From a virus (taxonomy: Duplodnaviria > Caudoviricetes): a DNA stretch of 64,000 nucleotides. This document shows, piece by piece, positions 20,531-30,900 of this stretch (position 1 is the first letter of the stretch; each line of letters opens with the position of its first letter). The DNA is taken from IMG/VR virus record IMGVR_UViG_3300028888_000001; one strand, given 5' to 3'. Below the pieces are notes generated by a model. That model was not told the DNA's origin and did no database searches. It worked only from the letters and a program-made list of their open reading frames with translations. Made by a program: the position numbers and the translations under genes.

Positions 20531-22765
20531 TTTGAAGATTTAGAGAATAATGAATTAGAAAATCTATATTTATTATATAAACAAACATATGATTCGCATG
20601 AAATAAATATTAGCATGATTGATAGTTTAGAGCAAGGCAATATTCAAAATGGCGATAATAGCAGTACCAATCAATTAGCTAGATTAAGGTCTGGAGAATA
20701 TTATTCATGTAAAGATTATGATTTTTTAATAACTCCGTATCATTATCTTAGATTATATTTAGTATTTTATGATGAAAATAAAATATGGGATAGTACTGCT
20801 AATATAGAAGATACCGATATTTTATACATTAATAAATCTAAATCATATTTTAGATGCGTTATAATTGATCGCTCCGATTTAAATTCTTGGTCAACACCAA
20901 TATCTGTAGACGATGTAAAATATAAAGTATTCATGGGTAAATACAATTTTAATAATTTTTATAAGAATTATAATAATATTAAAGGTATTGAAAAGGATAA
21001 TAATATTTTATTTTTTATTAATGATCTGGAAGCAGGTAATATTCAAGAAGGTGTTCCTAATAGTAATAATTATGCTGCAAGAGTTAGAACAAAAAATTTT
21101 TATTTAACTAAAGACTATGATAAAATAATTTCTAATTATAATTTTATAGTTTTTATTAATTATTATGATTCTGATAATAATGATACGTATCAAACGACTT
21201 CTAGTAAGGAATTATCCGAAGCCAATAATGAAATAATTATAAATAAAAATTACTCATACTTTAAAATTGTATTTATTGATTTTACAGAAGCTAATTATTT
21301 AACTCCGATAACTCCATACCAAGTGAGATCATTAGCCTTTTTAGCAAAGACGACTAATGAAACCGAAGCGTCATTATCCCAAATTAAAAAAGAAATAGAT
21401 AATAAAATTACAATTTTAGATAATAAAAACTATTTACTTCATAATAAAGGTTATAATGTTACTGCTATATATGATTGGGAGCAGGGTAATATTCAAGACG
21501 GCATTCCTAACAATAGTTCATATGAAGCAAGAGTTAGAACAAAAAATTTTTATTTATGTAAAGATTATAAAAAATTAGTTACGATTAAAACAACTTTACG
21601 TTTATATTTAACATTTTATAATTCAGATTATATTTATTTAAATAGTATCGAAGGTAATGGAGAATTAGCCATAGATCAATCAGCTACATATTTTAAATCT
21701 GTTATAATTGATCGCTCCGATTTAAATTCTTGGTCAACACCAATAACTCCAGATGATGTAATAACTAATATATTTTTAGTAGAATCTATCGAAGAATTAA
21801 ATGAAAATGGAGATGCCGTTCCAAATTATTTTAAAACGCAATTAGAGACAGTTTCTAATGATGCATTATATCATAGTGCATCCGTTGGCAAAAATGGGGT
21901 TTCATTTATTTTTTGTACCGATTTACATTGGTCAGTAAATCAAAAACATAGTGCAGCTTTAATGAAAGAAGTAATTAATAATACATTAATTAATACTATA
22001 ATCTTGGGTGGGGATTATATAAATCAATTTAATGGCGGCAAAGAATATGCTATAACAAATATGAGAGATTGCATTTCTAAATATTGGAAATTATCGGATA
22101 GAGTATTTCCCATATTTGGTAATCATGATAGAAATTCTAATGGTACTCCTGTAGAAGCCTATATGACTGAAGATGAAGCTTATATAGAATTAAATAGATG
22201 GATTAATCCAATAGCTAAATACGCTGATGATGATTATTTTTCTTATTATTTCGATGATGAAAAATCAAATACGCGATTTATAATTTTTAAATCAGCAACT
22301 CAATCTATTTCATCTGATATTACTGATTCTACTATAAATTGGGTTGAGTCTAAAGTATTAGAATTGCCAAAAAATTGGCATGTGATACTAGCATCTCATT
22401 GGATAACTACTGGACAAACTTCTTGGGATCATCCAATGGATAATGACGGGACGTACACTGGTAGGTTGACTAATAATGCAAAAAAATTATTTGATAAAAT
22501 GGAAGTTATCAATAATGATTCAACAAAATGCACAATTGAATGTGGCATATTTGGTCATATTCATTGTGATGTAGTTATGAATGATTTATATAGTTTCCCA
22601 ATTATATTTACAGACACAGATGGAAATTTGGCACTTGGAATTTATCCATTTGAAGAGGGCACAGTAAATGAACAATGTTTTGATATAATAACTATAGATT
22701 ATAATAATAAAACTGTTTATTGTGATCGTATTGGACGCGGTGTAAGTAGAGAAGTAAATTATTAA
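20519..22765 (+). CDS. Cassette D: three 'EQGNIQ' modules plus C-terminal metallophosphoesterase
   Basis: The frame of ORF 20615..22765 is open 32 codons upstream to the 12-bp site (LSND-FEDLEN...). Motifs CTDLH, GGD, FGNHD, ASH, FGHIH. Confidence 0.75.
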   Translation, partial: LSNDFEDLENNELENLYLLYKQTYDSHEINISMIDSLEQGNIQNGDNSSTNQLARLRSGEYYSCKDYDFLITPYHYLRLYLVFYDENKIWDSTANIEDTDILYINKSKSYFRCVIIDRSDLNSWSTPISVDDVKYKVFMGKYNFNNFYKNYNNIKGIEKDNNILFFINDLEAGNIQEGVPNSNNYAARVRTKNFYLTKDYDKIISNYNFIVFINYYDSDNNDTYQTTSSKELSEANNEIIINKNYSYFKIVFIDFTEANYLTPITPYQVRSLAFLAKTTNETEASLSQIKKEIDNKITILDNKNYLLHNKGYNVTAIYDWEQGNIQDGIPNNSSYEARVRTKNFYLCKDYKKLVTIKTTLRLYLTFYNSDYIYLNSIEGNGELAIDQSATYFKSVIIDRSDLNSWSTPITPDDVITNIFLVESIEELNENGDAVPNYFKTQLETVSNDALYHSASVGKNGVSFIFCTDLHWSVNQKHSAALMKEVINNTLINTIILGGDYINQFNGGKEYAITNMRDCISKYWKLSDRVFPIFGNHDRNSNGTPVEAYMTEDEAYIELNRWINPIAKYADDDYFSYYFDDEKSNTRFIIFKSATQSISSDITDSTINWVESKVLELPKNWHVILASHWITTGQTSWDHPMDNDGTYTGRLTNNAKKLFDKMEVINNDSTKCTIECGIFGHIHCDVVMNDLYSFPIIFTDTDGNLALGIYPFEEGTVNEQCFDIITIDYNNKTVYCDRIGRGVSREVNY

Positions 22766-22887
22766 AATTTATTTTTATCTTTAAATTAATTACTTTTAAT
22801 TGCGAAGCGGAGGAAATTATAAACCCTGAATAAATAAATTTCTTTTCGAAAACAGAGTATTAATATATTATAAACGAGGTACCCCAT

Positions 22888-24963
22888 ATGGATAATAATA
22901 TTAATACTCTGTATTTTATACAAGAAAAAGCTATATTAGAAGCGGTTTTTGCTGATGTTTTTAAATGGCTTAAGAAGTCTTCTAATAATACCACTGTAGT
23001 TCCAAAATCTACTCCAAAGAAATCGGCCAAAGCAAAACTTTCTCCATGTACATATATTGACCAAGATTCCAAAGAAATAGTTATTCAAGGAATTAATTTC
23101 CGTAAATTTATTTCTCGTCTAAAGGAAACTTATAAATATAGAGGAATATTAAATCTTTTTGATCGTAAATACTCTACATGGGAAATGAATTTATGGTATA
23201 AAGAAAAAATAACTAAAGATAGAATGAAAGTTATAGAGCTTAGAGTTCCACTATTTTTCTCATTAGAGCTTTATAAGATATTTCAAGATTTGTACGAATT
23301 TTATAGATATTCAATGTATCAGTCTATAGCAAATGATATTTATAATAATACGTGGATATCTAATTTTGAGAAAGTGAATCCTGTATATACAGACATATCT
23401 AAATTATCTAATATCACATATGAGTTTAAACCATATCAAGCAGAGTTTATTAGACAATATTCTGCTTTAAAACAGCTCTATGATTTAGATGGCTATATTC
23501 TTTCATTTGAGCAAGGTTTAGGAAAAACATTAACCGCTATAGGACTAGTGGAATGCTTAAACAAAGATCAGATTATTATCATTTGTCCTAACTCGCTGAA
23601 AGAAAACTGGGCTAATGAAATCAGTATGTATTATAAAAAATATAATACTCATAAAGGTCTTTTAGAAAAAGAAATTTTTATAAATAATAATAAAAAATTC
23701 AATGCTAAAAATCCTAAATATATTATAGCTAATCAAGAAAATATTCCTTCAATATTTTCTATAATAAAGCAAAATAAAAACACTATGATTATTGTAGACG
23801 AATGTCATAACTTCCGTAATATAGATGCTGAACGTGTAAAGAATCTTATTAAGCTTAAAGAGCTTATAGATTGTAAAGATAATCTATTAATGTCTGGAAC
23901 GCCCATTAAAGCAACGCCAAATGAATTAGCTCCAGCATTAAGAATGATAGATCCATATTTTACCGAGCCAGTATGTATAAGATATATAAAATCATTCAAT
24001 ACATATTCAGAAGAAATATCTCGTGTTGTTAGGGAGAGATTTTCAAGAATAATTTATAAACAAACTAAAGAACAAGTGCTACAACTACCGGAGAAAAATA
24101 TTTATCAAGCATTTTTACCATTAAAGCATGAAGAACCATATTATGTGTCTACAATAAGAAAACAAATAGCACAGGATTTTCATAAAGAGTATGAGATTCT
24201 TTATAAAGATTTTTCTATTTATAAAAATAGATTTGAAACGCTTGTAAAGAAATATTCTTCAGCCCCAAGTATAGATACTAAAGTATATCTAAATTATCTT
24301 GCTGGGAATATAAATTTTGGAGAATACAGAGAAGAATTATATAAAGATTTTCTCAAACAATATGTATATCCAAATATACAAGATATATCAGAAATTAAAG
24401 AGCTAAAAGAAATGCAAACTAAATATATCTATATGTATAACTCTGCTATGGGCAAAGCAATAGGCAAAAATTTACCTCCAGCAAGAGCAAATTGCTATAT
24501 AGATTTATTTGACGAGAATAAACAATTCTTCATAGAAAAAATAGAATCTAATAATAAGAAAACCGTAATATTTACTCCATTCTTGGATGTTGCAAATCAT
24601 ACTGCTGAAGAATTATCTAAATCTGGAATTAGTAATGTTCTTATTACCGGTGAAACTAAAGATAGATTTTCTCTTATCACAGAGTTTAAAGAATCAGATA
24701 TAATAGATGTATTAATTGCTACAACACAAACTTTAAACACTGGCGTTACTCTAGTTGAAGCAGATCAAATGTTCTTCTTAGGTGTTCCATATAGAGATGC
24801 TGATTTTGAACAAGCTTGCGATAGAATACATCGTATAGGGCAGACCACAGATGTAAATATTTATATCATTCTTCTTAAATCTAAACAAGAAAATGTTTCT
24901 ACTAGAATAGAAAAAATAATGTCATGGTCGGCAGACGCGGTGAATGATTTCATGGATATTTAA
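22888..24963 (+). CDS. SNF2-family (SF2) helicase/ATPase
   Basis: EQGLGKT, IVDECH, SGTP, QACDRIHRIGQ; late promoter 22851..22862. Confidence 0.9.
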   Translation: MDNNINTLYFIQEKAILEAVFADVFKWLKKSSNNTTVVPKSTPKKSAKAKLSPCTYIDQDSKEIVIQGINFRKFISRLKETYKYRGILNLFDRKYSTWEMNLWYKEKITKDRMKVIELRVPLFFSLELYKIFQDLYEFYRYSMYQSIANDIYNNTWISNFEKVNPVYTDISKLSNITYEFKPYQAEFIRQYSALKQLYDLDGYILSFEQGLGKTLTAIGLVECLNKDQIIIICPNSLKENWANEISMYYKKYNTHKGLLEKEIFINNNKKFNAKNPKYIIANQENIPSIFSIIKQNKNTMIIVDECHNFRNIDAERVKNLIKLKELIDCKDNLLMSGTPIKATPNELAPALRMIDPYFTEPVCIRYIKSFNTYSEEISRVVRERFSRIIYKQTKEQVLQLPEKNIYQAFLPLKHEEPYYVSTIRKQIAQDFHKEYEILYKDFSIYKNRFETLVKKYSSAPSIDTKVYLNYLAGNINFGEYREELYKDFLKQYVYPNIQDISEIKELKEMQTKYIYMYNSAMGKAIGKNLPPARANCYIDLFDENKQFFIEKIESNNKKTVIFTPFLDVANHTAEELSKSGISNVLITGETKDRFSLITEFKESDIIDVLIATTQTLNTGVTLVEADQMFFLGVPYRDADFEQACDRIHRIGQTTDVNIYIILLKSKQENVSTRIEKIMSWSADAVNDFMDI

Positions 24964-25097
24964 ATATTCTAGAGGGATTACTCCCTCTAGAATATTTTTT
25001 GGTAAACCTAAATTTAGTTATATAATATATATTTGTATAGATAGAACAATCTATACAAAACTTATAAACTTTATCATTCATAAAAGGAGAAATAACA

Positions 25098-26108
25098 ATG
25101 GCAATGGAATATAACATTTTTACAAAAATTGAAGGTATTAAATTCGTTGGTAGCGCCATCTGTATTGATGTAATAGACAAAGATGATACAGCTAAAAATA
25201 ATGAGTATGATTGCATTATTGCTGTACATGATGGAATTTTTCACACAGATGATGTTCTATGCGTAGCACTGGTAATGATGAAGCGGATGGAAGAATCTGT
25301 TGAGGAGCAATTTATTCACACTTTGGTAATTCGTACAAGAGATAAAAACGAATTTGACAGGTGCGATTATGTTCTTGATGTTGGTGGAGTTGATTCTGTA
25401 ACTTCAGATTGTGTTAGGTTTGACCATCATCAGCCAGATAGCAAAAGCTATGAAAATGGAATCAAAATGGCCGCGTGCGGTAAGTTAGCCAGATACTTCT
25501 ATGCAGAAAGTGATCCTGGTTGGCTTGAGTATCTTAAGGTCAATGTGCTGTATGGAATTGAAGCTCAGGATAATGGACAAGATGGATTCCCAACGTATAT
25601 CAATCCGTTTGGATTTATCAATGTTATGAATCCAAATTGGAATGAACCAAGCGAATACGAGAGACGCTTTGTAGATGCTGTATCAATTGTACTTGAGATG
25701 CTCGGTAGATATCGGGCAAGATATGATTCTGTCAAGGAAGCCGAGGAATATGTCAATACTGCAATAGAACACAGTGAAAGAGGAATAATTGTTCTTGAGC
25801 AGTTTGCACCGTGGGTAAACTATGTGTGCAAATATAATGCAACCAAAAACAATGATGATGAAAAAATTAAATTCGTTGTCTTTAAGTCTAGCACTGGCAG
25901 TTGGAATGTGCAAACTGTAAGAATTCAGCCAGATAAGTTTGATTCTATCAAGTTGTTACCTGAAGAGTGGGCTGGAAAGAACGGCGTTGAACTTGATGAA
26001 TCTTCTGGAATTGAAGGCGGTGTATTCTGCCATATTGGTAGATTCATCTGTGGTTGGAAGACTAAAGAAGCTGCAATCGAGGCTGCAAAGAAAGCTAATA
26101 GTTTGTAA
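25098..26108 (+). CDS. MYG1-family (UPF0160) metal-dependent hydrolase/exonuclease
   Basis: HDGIFHTDDV, DVGG...FDHHQ, DNG, LPEEWAG, FCH..RFI motifs; RBS AAGGAG. Confidence 0.88.
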   Translation: MAMEYNIFTKIEGIKFVGSAICIDVIDKDDTAKNNEYDCIIAVHDGIFHTDDVLCVALVMMKRMEESVEEQFIHTLVIRTRDKNEFDRCDYVLDVGGVDSVTSDCVRFDHHQPDSKSYENGIKMAACGKLARYFYAESDPGWLEYLKVNVLYGIEAQDNGQDGFPTYINPFGFINVMNPNWNEPSEYERRFVDAVSIVLEMLGRYRARYDSVKEAEEYVNTAIEHSERGIIVLEQFAPWVNYVCKYNATKNNDDEKIKFVVFKSSTGSWNVQTVRIQPDKFDSIKLLPEEWAGKNGVELDESSGIEGGVFCHIGRFICGWKTKEAAIEAAKKANSL

Positions 26109-26127
26109 AGATTTACAGTAACAATTA

Positions 26128-26135
26128 TATATTAT
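26128..26135 (+). promoter_or_regulatory. Putative early promoter motif TATATTAT
   Basis: TATAT(T/A)AT also precedes non-structural genes at 4856..4863(-), 25019..25026(+) and 33959..33966(+). It resembles the phiKZ early motif TATATTAC, but this is weak evidence in AT-rich DNA. Confidence 0.4.
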
Positions 26136-26253
26136 AGAAGTGTGATGAGGAAATAAGTTAATTTCTCATCAGTATCTATAAGTTAATCTAGAATACAAGG
26201 GCCATTACTGGCCCTTGCATATTCTAGGATGATTTTTTCATAAGGAGGTAACT

Positions 26254-27921
26254 ATGAAATATGTACTCAAAGCAACTGTCAAATCAAAAGCTATCATCTT
26301 GATGATTCTAAGATTTATAGCTAATAGCATCTATATAGTTATTAATGCGAAAATCTTATTGTGGTTGTCGTTGGCACTTACTGAAGAAAACCATATGCAC
26401 TATGCTAATCTTGTAATGGTTGGTAGTTTGGTGAATATGGTATTGTCTTCGTTAATAAGCCTACTGGGATTACAGAAAATGATGATCTTCACGGAACTAC
26501 AGAATATGCTAGTTGACAAAGTTCTACGTTCCGGAGTAGACTTATTTTCGAAATTTTCTCCAGGTGCTATAGGCCATATAGGTAATACGCTTAATGCTAT
26601 ATCAGGTGCTTTTGCATTATTCTTAGATACCATAAAAGCAGTAGTGCTAATTGTGGTCTACGTTTGGTCTATATATTCCATTGATAGTTCGCATATAGTT
26701 CATATACTTGTTATAATGACATCAATAGCAATCTGTATGGCTATTGTTAACTACATGTGGAACAAGATAGACAAGAAGATTGATACTTTAAAGACAGAGA
26801 GAAATGTTGAGCTGGACGAAATTCTTAACGGATTTATGGAAGTAAGATCTTTCCCAGGAACAGTTGAATCTCATCGAACAGCTATTCTATCACAAAATGG
26901 TACATTATTAAAACTATTCTTTAGAAGAAATATTTTGAATTTAACTATCTCAGCAACAACAGAACTTGCATCTAGTGCGCTTACAATAATAATTCTGTTA
27001 TACTGTATAGCAAATCCAAATTTATTATCTAGCGCTATCTCAATGACACTAGTAATGTACACTTGGAGGCTCTTAGAGCCAGTGTGCGATCTAGTATTTT
27101 ACATGTCAGACTTATCTGACATGTGTTCAGGAATTCCAAAATTTAAAGAAATAATGCAATTCCCAGAAACTATAGAAAACGGTGACATCAATTTAGACGA
27201 ATTTAATTCTAGTATAGAGATAAACAACGTCTCTTTCTCTTACGATTCATCTAGCAACGTATTATCGAATATATGCATGTCTATTCCAAAAGGCTCTCAT
27301 ATAGGAATATGTGGACCATCTGGTGGTGGCAAATCAACATTCCTTAAGCTATTACCAAGATTCTATGATGTTACATCAGGTCAAATATTAATAGATGGAA
27401 TCAATATAAAAGACTTAAAAATAGAATCCATGCGTAAACTTATAGGAATAGTTCATCAGAGTACGTATATATTCGACGGCACTCTATTTGATAATATAGC
27501 GTATGCTAAGAGACCAAATAAACCAACAGAGTTTGAAGTTGTAGAAGCTTGCAAAAAAGCGTATATCTATGACTTTATCAAATCGTTACCTGAAGGTTTT
27601 GAAACTAAGGTGGGCCCTAGAGGATTAAAGCTTTCTGGAGGGCAAAAGCAAAGAATCAGTCTAGCAAGACTGTTTCTCTTAAATCCAGAGATTATAATTC
27701 TTGATGAAGCTACAAGCGCTTTAGATAATGAATCTGAAACAATTATCCAAGAAGCTATCAATAGCTTCAAAGGAAAGACTATCATTACAGTAGCGCATAG
27801 ACTCTCAACAATAAAAGATTGCGATACTATATATGTAATAAGTGATCATAAGATTGTTGAATGTGGAACTCATGAAGAATTGTTATCCTTAAAAGGTGTA
27901 TACTATAATATGCAAAAGTAA
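26254..27921 (+). CDS. ABC exporter, fused permease + ATPase (MsbA/ABCB-like half transporter)
   Basis: N-terminal TM helices; GPSGGGKST, LSGGQKQR, ILDEATSALD, VAHRLST. Confidence 0.93.
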   Translation: MKYVLKATVKSKAIILMILRFIANSIYIVINAKILLWLSLALTEENHMHYANLVMVGSLVNMVLSSLISLLGLQKMMIFTELQNMLVDKVLRSGVDLFSKFSPGAIGHIGNTLNAISGAFALFLDTIKAVVLIVVYVWSIYSIDSSHIVHILVIMTSIAICMAIVNYMWNKIDKKIDTLKTERNVELDEILNGFMEVRSFPGTVESHRTAILSQNGTLLKLFFRRNILNLTISATTELASSALTIIILLYCIANPNLLSSAISMTLVMYTWRLLEPVCDLVFYMSDLSDMCSGIPKFKEIMQFPETIENGDINLDEFNSSIEINNVSFSYDSSSNVLSNICMSIPKGSHIGICGPSGGGKSTFLKLLPRFYDVTSGQILIDGINIKDLKIESMRKLIGIVHQSTYIFDGTLFDNIAYAKRPNKPTEFEVVEACKKAYIYDFIKSLPEGFETKVGPRGLKLSGGQKQRISLARLFLLNPEIIILDEATSALDNESETIIQEAINSFKGKTIITVAHRLSTIKDCDTIYVISDHKIVECGTHEELLSLKGVYYNMQK

Positions 27922-27978
27922 GTGAAAAACTCTATCATCCTCAGAGGGAAATCCCTCTGAGGATATTGTTTTTATTAT

Positions 27979-30900
27979 TTATTTTTTATTAAAGTATTCA
28001 TCTATTTCATGCATAGTCATAGGCTTTTTACCATAAATTTCAGCGCACTTACGCTGCAGTTCAATAAGAACCTTATTCATAGCACCTACCTTGAAGATGG
28101 AGGTAATAATTCTCCCGTCAGTACTACTAGCACTTGAACAAATATCTATTTCTTCATTTGGTCTAAAATCTGTATATGGGGCATCCTTATCTGGATATAC
28201 ACTCATGAGAACAACTTTGTTGGCGTTAAGACATGAAAGCTTATCTCCGGGGGAAATCGCATCTGAATATCTCGAATATATTTCTATTCGGACACTATTT
28301 TCTGCGCCCTTCATTTTACCAGACACATCTGCTTTTCCAACAGAGTCGAAGTTTACAGCTCCATTGCTTACAGATCCAGCTGCTATACTTTTTAATCTCT
28401 TTACTTCATTTTCTCTATTATTAACTATCTTCTGTAAAGATTCAGACATATCTTTTAGTTCACAAGTTCTATATATCTTAATATCAGATATAATTCCTGT
28501 AACCTTAGATTTAACAATACTTCTACCTATAGTGGTTATATCATTATCCTCTATAGAAAGATTTTTGAGTAACATATTAGCATCTTCATCGTCAAATGCA
28601 TTCTGGAATATAATTAATGGCTCACCTTCTCTTATAAGCTGCCCTTTCTTAACTATAGATAATACATTGGTAGATGCTGGTAAAGTGACATCTTTCATAA
28701 CTACAATGTCAGAGCTCATAGCCTTAGATAGATATTCAGAACAAACACCTGAGTCTTCAAACCCATCTTCGTTTGTTGCAATGCACACTTTAGCCAGATA
28801 ACCCATATTATATGCTAGCTGTTTACCATCACCGATTTTATTACTAAAAGATTTCTTATCCCAAGCAATAACTTCACCGGCTTTCACTGAGTTTCCAACT
28901 TTTTTATTTGTTGTTAACTGAAGATCTATATAAAAGCCGCCATCGCTATTTTTCTTAGTTTGCTCAGATAAGTCTACATAGTCTTTAGATCCATCTGAAT
29001 ATTGTATAAGCATATAATCATTAGTTATCTCTGTAACTTTACCATTTTTCTTAGCCTTGAAAGCAAACATATCTGACGTTAAATATGGAAGAGCTTCTTG
29101 TGCTCCTGTAGTTATAAGCTGAGGGTGAGAAACATTAATTGGAGTTCCGTGTTTTGCTGTCTGAGCAGCCGTCATAAACTGACGGAACGGGTCATCACTA
29201 CTAAGCATAAATGGAGACAAGCTCTCTGTCATGCTCATACTTCCAGTCACAGTATCATTGTCTTTTATATCAGAATGCTTAAAATAGCCTCTACCGCCAA
29301 CAACGCTTGCATCTATTGTTGTATATCTATTTACACCAACAGTGCCAGCAAAACCTGTACTCATGCTAATAATATTTTGAGCCGATTTATCATATGATCT
29401 TTTTTCAAGAGTATATGCTCTGTCTGAGTTTAAACCAGAAACACCTTTAGTGCTGATAGTATTTTTAGCTTCGATTTCTAGTAATGGCTGAAATACACTA
29501 AGATCTGATGTAGTATTTTGTGCTAGCACGAGATCTATTACAGCAGATTGTTTCATTGTCATAGGGAATTTCTTTCCGCGCTTATTATTTGCAGCATACT
29601 CTTTATAAGACTGGCTTAGAACCCTATAGAATTGAGCAGCGATAACTTCATTAGTTCTGTATCTATTGCTGGCTAAATCAGTATGCTTAACATACTTATT
29701 ATCTACTAATAGATTGCTAGCATATATTAAAGCCTCATGATATGTGGTCGGCAATTTATAGTCTTTACTAATCTCTATAGTTATTGGGTCATACATCAAA
29801 TCTTTAAAGTTATCCAAGCCATCTGATTTATTTCTACCTCCGAAATTATCTAATTGCTCTACCCATGTGGCTTTCTTATTAATGTCTTTGATAGAAATAT
29901 CTTCTGTATTGCAATCTTTTAGCCCATTCATTAGCATCATTGAATCATATGTATTATTGAAATTAATATATCCATCTTTGAGTTTAATATAGTCTTGATC
30001 TATATCGATTGATTTATTTTCAGATATATTATATTTTACTCCAGCTAAGTCCATAGCTGGAACCAATCCAATATCATGAGCAAGAATTACTATTGTTGGT
30101 ATATAAGTATTCAACACCCAGCATCTAGAATATGTTGCTCTTTTTAATTCTGATTGGGAAGCATAAATTTTTCTAAACTCTTTATCGGTAATAGCATTTG
30201 CTATAAACTGAGATATCGTAGAATTATTCTCTGGCTTATAGTATAAGCATTTACCATCTTTAGAGAGAGCTATTGGTAAGCCATTTTTAGCGTTAACTCC
30301 TGGGATTTTTCTAATCTCATCTTGGTTAAAGTAAAAAGTTATCTCACCATATTCTTCACTATTAAATATAATCTTACTATAAACACTAGCAATATCAATA
30401 TAGTCTATTGGTAAATTATATTTTTGACAAACTCTTGAGTTGTCACCAGCAATAGTTTTTATTTTTGGACCTTTATATTTCTTTAGAGTTTTTATAAGTC
30501 TATCAGAATATGGATTAGATTTACCGGTGCTAGTATTATATCTATCTACAAATAACTTATTATAAAATGTAGCTATCTGTGTACGGGAATCAGATGTTTT
30601 AGAAATCGGTATTAAAGGCATCTCAATAGAGAATATTTTTTCATTACCTCTAAGACGCATAAAGCGATGATCTCTAAATTTTGGTATATCGAATTTTAAA
30701 GTAAAGCGTTTACCATCATAGCCTTCACATTTTACTGTATAAGTAATTATAGAATCTTCTGATGTTGAGGTGTCTTCTGTAGCAACATCAAGAATGCTTA
30801 CGGGGAAGTTTTTGTTTTTATCGCTAAGACTATTAAGACACTTTAAAATATCTGCCTCTAAATCATATTCTTTTTCAAAGTTTACTGTTTTTATATGATG

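Noticed and set aside
11077-22765. Diversity-generating retroelement as the source of cassette variation
   Set aside because: No reverse transcriptase and no template/variable repeat pair with adenine-specific mismatches seen in the window.
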